Positions 27,737 through 32,000 of a stretch of DNA of 32,000 nucleotides are shown here, in pieces. The notes under the pieces are model-generated. The model was not told the origin of the DNA. It saw only the letters and a program-made list of their open reading frames with translations, and searched no databases. Positions within the stretch are counted from its first letter, which is position 1. Each line of letters starts with the position of its first letter. The DNA is from Mycobacterium tuberculosis H37Rv (GTDB lineage Bacteria > Actinomycetota > Actinomycetes > Mycobacteriales > Mycobacteriaceae): positions 3,240,001 to 3,272,000 of the forward strand of contig NC_000962.3 of NCBI RefSeq assembly GCF_000195955.2, given 5' to 3'. The position numbers and the translations under genes were made by a program.

Positions 27737-30700
27737 GTGAGCATCCCCGAGAACGCGATCGCGGTGGTCGGCATGGCCGGCCGATTTCCGGGCGCCAAGG
27801 ATGTTTCGGCGTTCTGGAGCAACCTTCGGCGCGGTAAGGAGTCGATCGTCACCCTGTCCGAACAGGAGCTGCGCGACGCCGGCGTCAGCGACAAGACGCT
27901 GGCCGATCCGGCGTATGTGCGTCGCGCCCCGCTTCTTGACGGGATCGACGAGTTCGACGCCGGCTTCTTCGGGTTCCCGCCGCTGGCCGCGCAGGTGCTG
28001 GATCCCCAACACCGGTTGTTCCTGCAGTGTGCATGGCATGCGCTCGAGGACGCGGGCGCTGACCCCGCACGGTTCGACGGCTCGATCGGCGTATACGGAA
28101 CCAGCTCCCCCAGCGGCTATCTGCTGCACAACCTGCTGTCGCATCGCGACCCGAACGCTGTGTTGGCCGAGGGACTCAACTTCGACCAGTTCAGCCTGTT
28201 CTTGCAGAATGACAAGGACTTTCTGGCAACCCGGATTTCGCACGCGTTCAACCTGCGCGGGCCGAGCATCGCGGTGCAAACCGCGTGTTCATCGTCGCTG
28301 GTAGCGGTGCATCTGGCCTGCCTGAGCCTGCTATCCGGCGAATGCGACATGGCGTTGGCCGGCGGGTCGTCGCTATGCATCCCGCACCGTGTCGGCTACT
28401 TCACCTCACCGGGATCGATGGTGTCGGCGGTGGGCCACTGTCGGCCCTTCGACGTGCGGGCCGACGGCACGGTCTTCGGCAGCGGTGTCGGGTTGGTGGT
28501 GCTCAAGCCGCTGGCGGCCGCCATCGACGCCGGAGACCGGATTCACGCCGTCATCCGCGGATCGGCGATCAACAACGACGGATCGGCGAAGATGGGGTAT
28601 GCGGCGCCCAACCCGGCCGCTCAAGCCGATGTCATCGCCGAAGCCCATGCGGTGTCCGGCATCGATTCGTCGACCGTGAGCTATGTCGAGTGCCACGGAA
28701 CCGGCACCCCGCTCGGTGATCCTATCGAAATCCAGGGCCTGCGAGCGGCGTTCGAGGTGTCGCAGACGAGCCGTTCGGCCCCTTGTGTTCTGGGGTCGGT
28801 CAAGTCGAACATCGGCCACCTGGAAGTTGCTGCCGGCATCGCGGGTCTGATCAAAACGATTCTGTGCCTAAAGAACAAGGCACTACCCGCGACGCTGCAC
28901 TACACCAGCCCGAACCCGGAACTGCGCTTGGACCAAAGTCCGTTCGTCGTGCAAAGCAAGTACGGCCCCTGGGAGTGCGACGGCGTTCGTCGTGCCGGGG
29001 TGAGTTCGTTCGGGGTCGGGGGTACCAACGCGCACGTCGTCTTGGAGGAGGCGCCAGCAGAAGCATCGGAGGTTTCAGCGCACGCCGAGCCGGCTGGCCC
29101 TCAGGTAATCCTGCTCTCGGCGCAAACGGCCGCGGCGCTCGGCGAGTCGCGGACCGCCCTGGCCGCGGCGCTAGAAACGCAAGACGGCCCGCGCCTGTCC
29201 GACGTGGCCTACACGCTCGCCCGGCGCCGCAAGCACAACGTCACGATGGCCGCCGTCGTGCACGACCGCGAGCACGCGGCCACCGTGCTGCGGGCGGCCG
29301 AGCACGACAACGTTTTCGTTGGCGAAGCCGCCCACGATGGGGAGCATGGCGATCGCGCCGACGCCGCACCCACGTCGGATCGCGTCGTTTTCCTGTTTCC
29401 CGGACAGGGCGCTCAGCACGTCGGAATGGCAAAAGGGCTCTATGACACCGAGCCGGTCTTCGCCCAACACTTCGACACCTGCGCCGCCGGATTCCGCGAC
29501 GAGACAGGCATCGACTTGCATGCCGAAGTGTTCGACGGGACCGCAACAGATCTTGAGCGCATTGACCGTTCGCAACCGGCATTGTTCACGGTGGAATACG
29601 CGCTCGCGAAGTTGGTCGACACTTTCGGCGTGCGCGCCGGGGCGTACATCGGATACAGCACCGGCGAATACATCGCGGCCACCCTGGCCGGCGTATTCGA
29701 CCTGCAGACAGCGATCAAAACGGTGTCGCTGCGCGCCCGCCTTATGCATGAGTCGCCGCCCGGTGCCATGGTCGCGGTGGCTCTTGGCCCCGATGACGTC
29801 ACGCAGTACCTGCCACCGGAGGTCGAGCTGTCCGCGGTAAACGATCCTGGTAACTGTGTGGTCGCCGGGCCCAAAGACCAGATCCGTGCACTGCGCCAAC
29901 GTCTTACCGAGGCAGGGATTCCCGTTCGCCGCGTCCGGGCAACCCACGCGTTCCATACCAGCGCGATGGATCCCATGCTGGGCCAATTCCAAGAATTCCT
30001 GTCCCGTCAACAGCTACGTCCTCCGCGCACACCGCTGCTGAGCAACCTCACCGGTAGCTGGATGTCCGACCAGCAAGTAGTCGATCCGGCCAGCTGGACG
30101 CGTCAAATCAGCTCCCCCATCAGGTTCGCCGACGAGCTGGACGTGGTGCTGGCAGCTCCAAGTCGAATCCTGGTCGAGGTTGGTCCGGGCGGCAGCCTGA
30201 CCGGTTCGGCTATGCGCCACCCGAAGTGGTCGACCACGCACCGCACCGTTCGGCTTATGCGCCACCCACTGCAAGACGTCGACGACCGCGACACTTTTCT
30301 GCGCGCGCTGGGCGAACTCTGGTCTGCCGGAGTCGAGGTCGACTGGACGCCGCGGCGTCCGGCGGTGCCGCACCTCGTTTCCCTGCCGGGTTATCCATTT
30401 GCCCGTCAACGGCATTGGGTCGAACCTAACCACACGGTTTGGGCGCAGGCTCCCGGCGCAAACAACGGCTCACCGGCCGGCACTGCGGATGGTTCCACGG
30501 CCGCCACCGTCGATGCAGCCCGCAACGGAGAGTCGCAGACCGAGGTTACGCTGCAACGCATCTGGTCACAGTGCCTCGGCGTCAGCTCGGTCGATCGGAA
30601 CGCCAATTTCTTCGACCTCGGCGGCGATTCTTTGATGGCGATCAGCATCGCGATGGCCGCCGCCAACGAGGGTCTGACCATCACGCCGCAGGATCTCTAC

Positions 30701-32000
30701 GAATACCCGACCCTGGCCTCGCTGACGGCCGCCGTCGACGCGTCGTTCGCGTCCAGCGGGTTGGCGAAGCCCCCGGAGGCACAAGCGAACCCGGCGGTTC
30801 CACCCAACGTCACGTACTTCCTCGACCGCGGATTGCGCGACACCGGCCGCTGTCGTGTCCCGCTGATCCTGCGCCTGGATCCCAAGATCGGGCTACCGGA
30901 TATTCGAGCGGTGCTGACCGCAGTGGTCAACCACCACGACGCATTGCGCCTGCACCTGGTCGGCAACGATGGGATATGGGAGCAGCACATCGCGGCACCC
31001 GCAGAATTCACCGGGCTTTCCAACCGGTCGGTGCCCAACGGCGTGGCTGCAGGCAGCCCCGAGGAACGGGCCGCGGTCTTGGGCATCCTGGCCGAACTCC
31101 TTGAGGATCAAACGGATCCGAACGCGCCGCTGGCTGCCGTTCATATCGCCGCCGCGCACGGCGGTCCGCACTATCTGTGCCTTGCCATACATGCGATGGT
31201 CACCGACGACTCATCGCGCCAGATCCTGGCGACCGACATCGTCACCGCGTTTGGACAACGGCTGGCAGGCGAGGAGATCACGCTGGAACCGGTCAGCACG
31301 GGGTGGCGGGAATGGTCACTGCGTTGCGCGGCCCTCGCGACGCATCCGGCGGCGCTGGACACTCGCTCGTACTGGATCGAGAATTCGACCAAGGCGACTT
31401 TGTGGCTGGCCGATGCCCTTCCCAACGCGCATACCGCCCATCCGCCCCGCGCCGACGAGCTCACCAAGTTGTCGAGCACGCTAAGCGTCGAGCAGACATC
31501 CGAGCTGGACGACGGCCGGCGCAGGTTCCGCCGGTCGATTCAGACGATCCTGCTGGCCGCCCTCGGCCGCACAATAGCTCAGACGGTAGGTGAGGGTGTG
31601 GTCGCCGTGGAGCTCGAAGGCGAGGGCCGCTCGGTGCTGCGGCCGGATGTCGACCTGCGCAGAACGGTCGGCTGGTTCACGACGTACTACCCGGTACCGC
31701 TGGCATGCGCAACAGGGCTGGGCGCGCTTGCGCAGCTGGACGCGGTGCACAACACTCTTAAGTCCGTTCCGCACTACGGAATTGGATACGGGCTGCTGCG
31801 CTACGTTTACGCCCCGACCGGACGTGTCCTGGGCGCTCAGCGCACACCCGACATTCACTTCCGGTATGCGGGCGTGATCCCCGAGCTACCGTCCGGCGAT
31901 GCTCCAGTACAGTTCGACTCGGACATGACGCTTCCGGTGCGCGAACCGATCCCAGGGATGGGCCACGCCATCGAACTTCGGGTGTATCGGTTTGGTGGCT
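27737..32000 (+). CDS. ppsE: Phthiocerol synthase terminal module: KS-AT-PCP-condensation-like domain (3' end beyond the window)
   Basis: The hand-translated frame starts at GTG 27737 (VSIPENAIAVVGMAGRFPGA...). The ORF track lists no plus-strand ORF in this frame after 27737, consistent with it staying open to 32000.
- KS Cys at 28286-28288
- AT FLFPGQGAQ plus GYSTGE (Ser at 29657-29659), and HAFH at 29945-29956
- carrier FFDLGGDSL, Ser at 30629-30631
- C-domain motif IHAMVTDDSS (HAMVTDD at 31190-31210)
The full gene as I recall it is 1488 aa, so about 67 codons are missing. Confidence 0.92.
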   Translation, partial: MSIPENAIAVVGMAGRFPGAKDVSAFWSNLRRGKESIVTLSEQELRDAGVSDKTLADPAYVRRAPLLDGIDEFDAGFFGFPPLAAQVLDPQHRLFLQCAWHALEDAGADPARFDGSIGVYGTSSPSGYLLHNLLSHRDPNAVLAEGLNFDQFSLFLQNDKDFLATRISHAFNLRGPSIAVQTACSSSLVAVHLACLSLLSGECDMALAGGSSLCIPHRVGYFTSPGSMVSAVGHCRPFDVRADGTVFGSGVGLVVLKPLAAAIDAGDRIHAVIRGSAINNDGSAKMGYAAPNPAAQADVIAEAHAVSGIDSSTVSYVECHGTGTPLGDPIEIQGLRAAFEVSQTSRSAPCVLGSVKSNIGHLEVAAGIAGLIKTILCLKNKALPATLHYTSPNPELRLDQSPFVVQSKYGPWECDGVRRAGVSSFGVGGTNAHVVLEEAPAEASEVSAHAEPAGPQVILLSAQTAAALGESRTALAAALETQDGPRLSDVAYTLARRRKHNVTMAAVVHDREHAATVLRAAEHDNVFVGEAAHDGEHGDRADAAPTSDRVVFLFPGQGAQHVGMAKGLYDTEPVFAQHFDTCAAGFRDETGIDLHAEVFDGTATDLERIDRSQPALFTVEYALAKLVDTFGVRAGAYIGYSTGEYIAATLAGVFDLQTAIKTVSLRARLMHESPPGAMVAVALGPDDVTQYLPPEVELSAVNDPGNCVVAGPKDQIRALRQRLTEAGIPVRRVRATHAFHTSAMDPMLGQFQEFLSRQQLRPPRTPLLSNLTGSWMSDQQVVDPASWTRQISSPIRFADELDVVLAAPSRILVEVGPGGSLTGSAMRHPKWSTTHRTVRLMRHPLQDVDDRDTFLRALGELWSAGVEVDWTPRRPAVPHLVSLPGYPFARQRHWVEPNHTVWAQAPGANNGSPAGTADGSTAATVDAARNGESQTEVTLQRIWSQCLGVSSVDRNANFFDLGGDSLMAISIAMAAANEGLTITPQDLYEYPTLASLTAAVDASFASSGLAKPPEAQANPAVPPNVTYFLDRGLRDTGRCRVPLILRLDPKIGLPDIRAVLTAVVNHHDALRLHLVGNDGIWEQHIAAPAEFTGLSNRSVPNGVAAGSPEERAAVLGILAELLEDQTDPNAPLAAVHIAAAHGGPHYLCLAIHAMVTDDSSRQILATDIVTAFGQRLAGEEITLEPVSTGWREWSLRCAALATHPAALDTRSYWIENSTKATLWLADALPNAHTAHPPRADELTKLSSTLSVEQTSELDDGRRRFRRSIQTILLAALGRTIAQTVGEGVVAVELEGEGRSVLRPDVDLRRTVGWFTTYYPVPLACATGLGALAQLDAVHNTLKSVPHYGIGYGLLRYVYAPTGRVLGAQRTPDIHFRYAGVIPELPSGDAPVQFDSDMTLPVREPIPGMGHAIELRVYRFGG
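30560..32000 (+). other. NRPS-type PCP plus condensation-like didomain at the PpsE C-terminus (truncated by the window)
   Basis: The carrier core NFFDLGGDSLMAI is the NRPS thiolation consensus rather than the PKS LGxDSL context. It is followed, from about 30796, by a domain with an HHxxxDG-like motif, HAMVTDD, at 31190-31210. Confidence 0.75.

Overview
I recognise this 32-kb high-GC window, from gene order, motifs and protein lengths rather than any database search, as the Mycobacterium tuberculosis-complex PDIM/PGL (phthiocerol dimycocerosate) locus head plus three upstream housekeeping genes. On the minus strand are rnc (5' part, runs off the window start), a DUF177/YceD-like gene (Rv2926c-like) and the DivIVA-like sepIVA (Rv2927c-like). 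On the plus strand are tesA (type II thioesterase), a doubtful 103-codon ORF (Rv2929-like) and fadD26 (fatty acyl-AMP ligase). These are followed by the type I modular PKS genes ppsA (1876 aa), ppsB (1538 aa), ppsC (2188 aa), ppsD (1827 aa) and the first ~1421 codons of ppsE. ppsE is open to the window end and is therefore missing from the ORF track, as is rnc. Domain order read from motifs:
- PpsA: ACP-KS-AT-(degenerate DH)-KR-ACP
- PpsB: KS-AT-KR-ACP
- PpsC: KS-AT-DH-ER-KR-ACP
- PpsD: KS-AT-DH-KR-ACP
- PpsE: KS-AT-PCP-C
I saw no tRNA, rRNA, CRISPR array, IS element or prophage. I find no support for an undescribed system: about 95% of the window is long-characterised genes, and the many antisense or off-frame ORFs are GC-rich frame shadows. 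The points worth a second look are intragenic:
- a near-identical ~1.3-kb AT cassette shared by ppsA, ppsB and, more diverged, ppsC
- C7 homopolymer tracts in the ppsA and ppsC linkers
- a vestigial DH fold in PpsA
- the mosaic, NRPS-like nature of ppsE and its different junction and docking
- non-canonical AT motifs
- an outlier KR in PpsB
- a low-GC island covering tesA and the 5' half of fadD26
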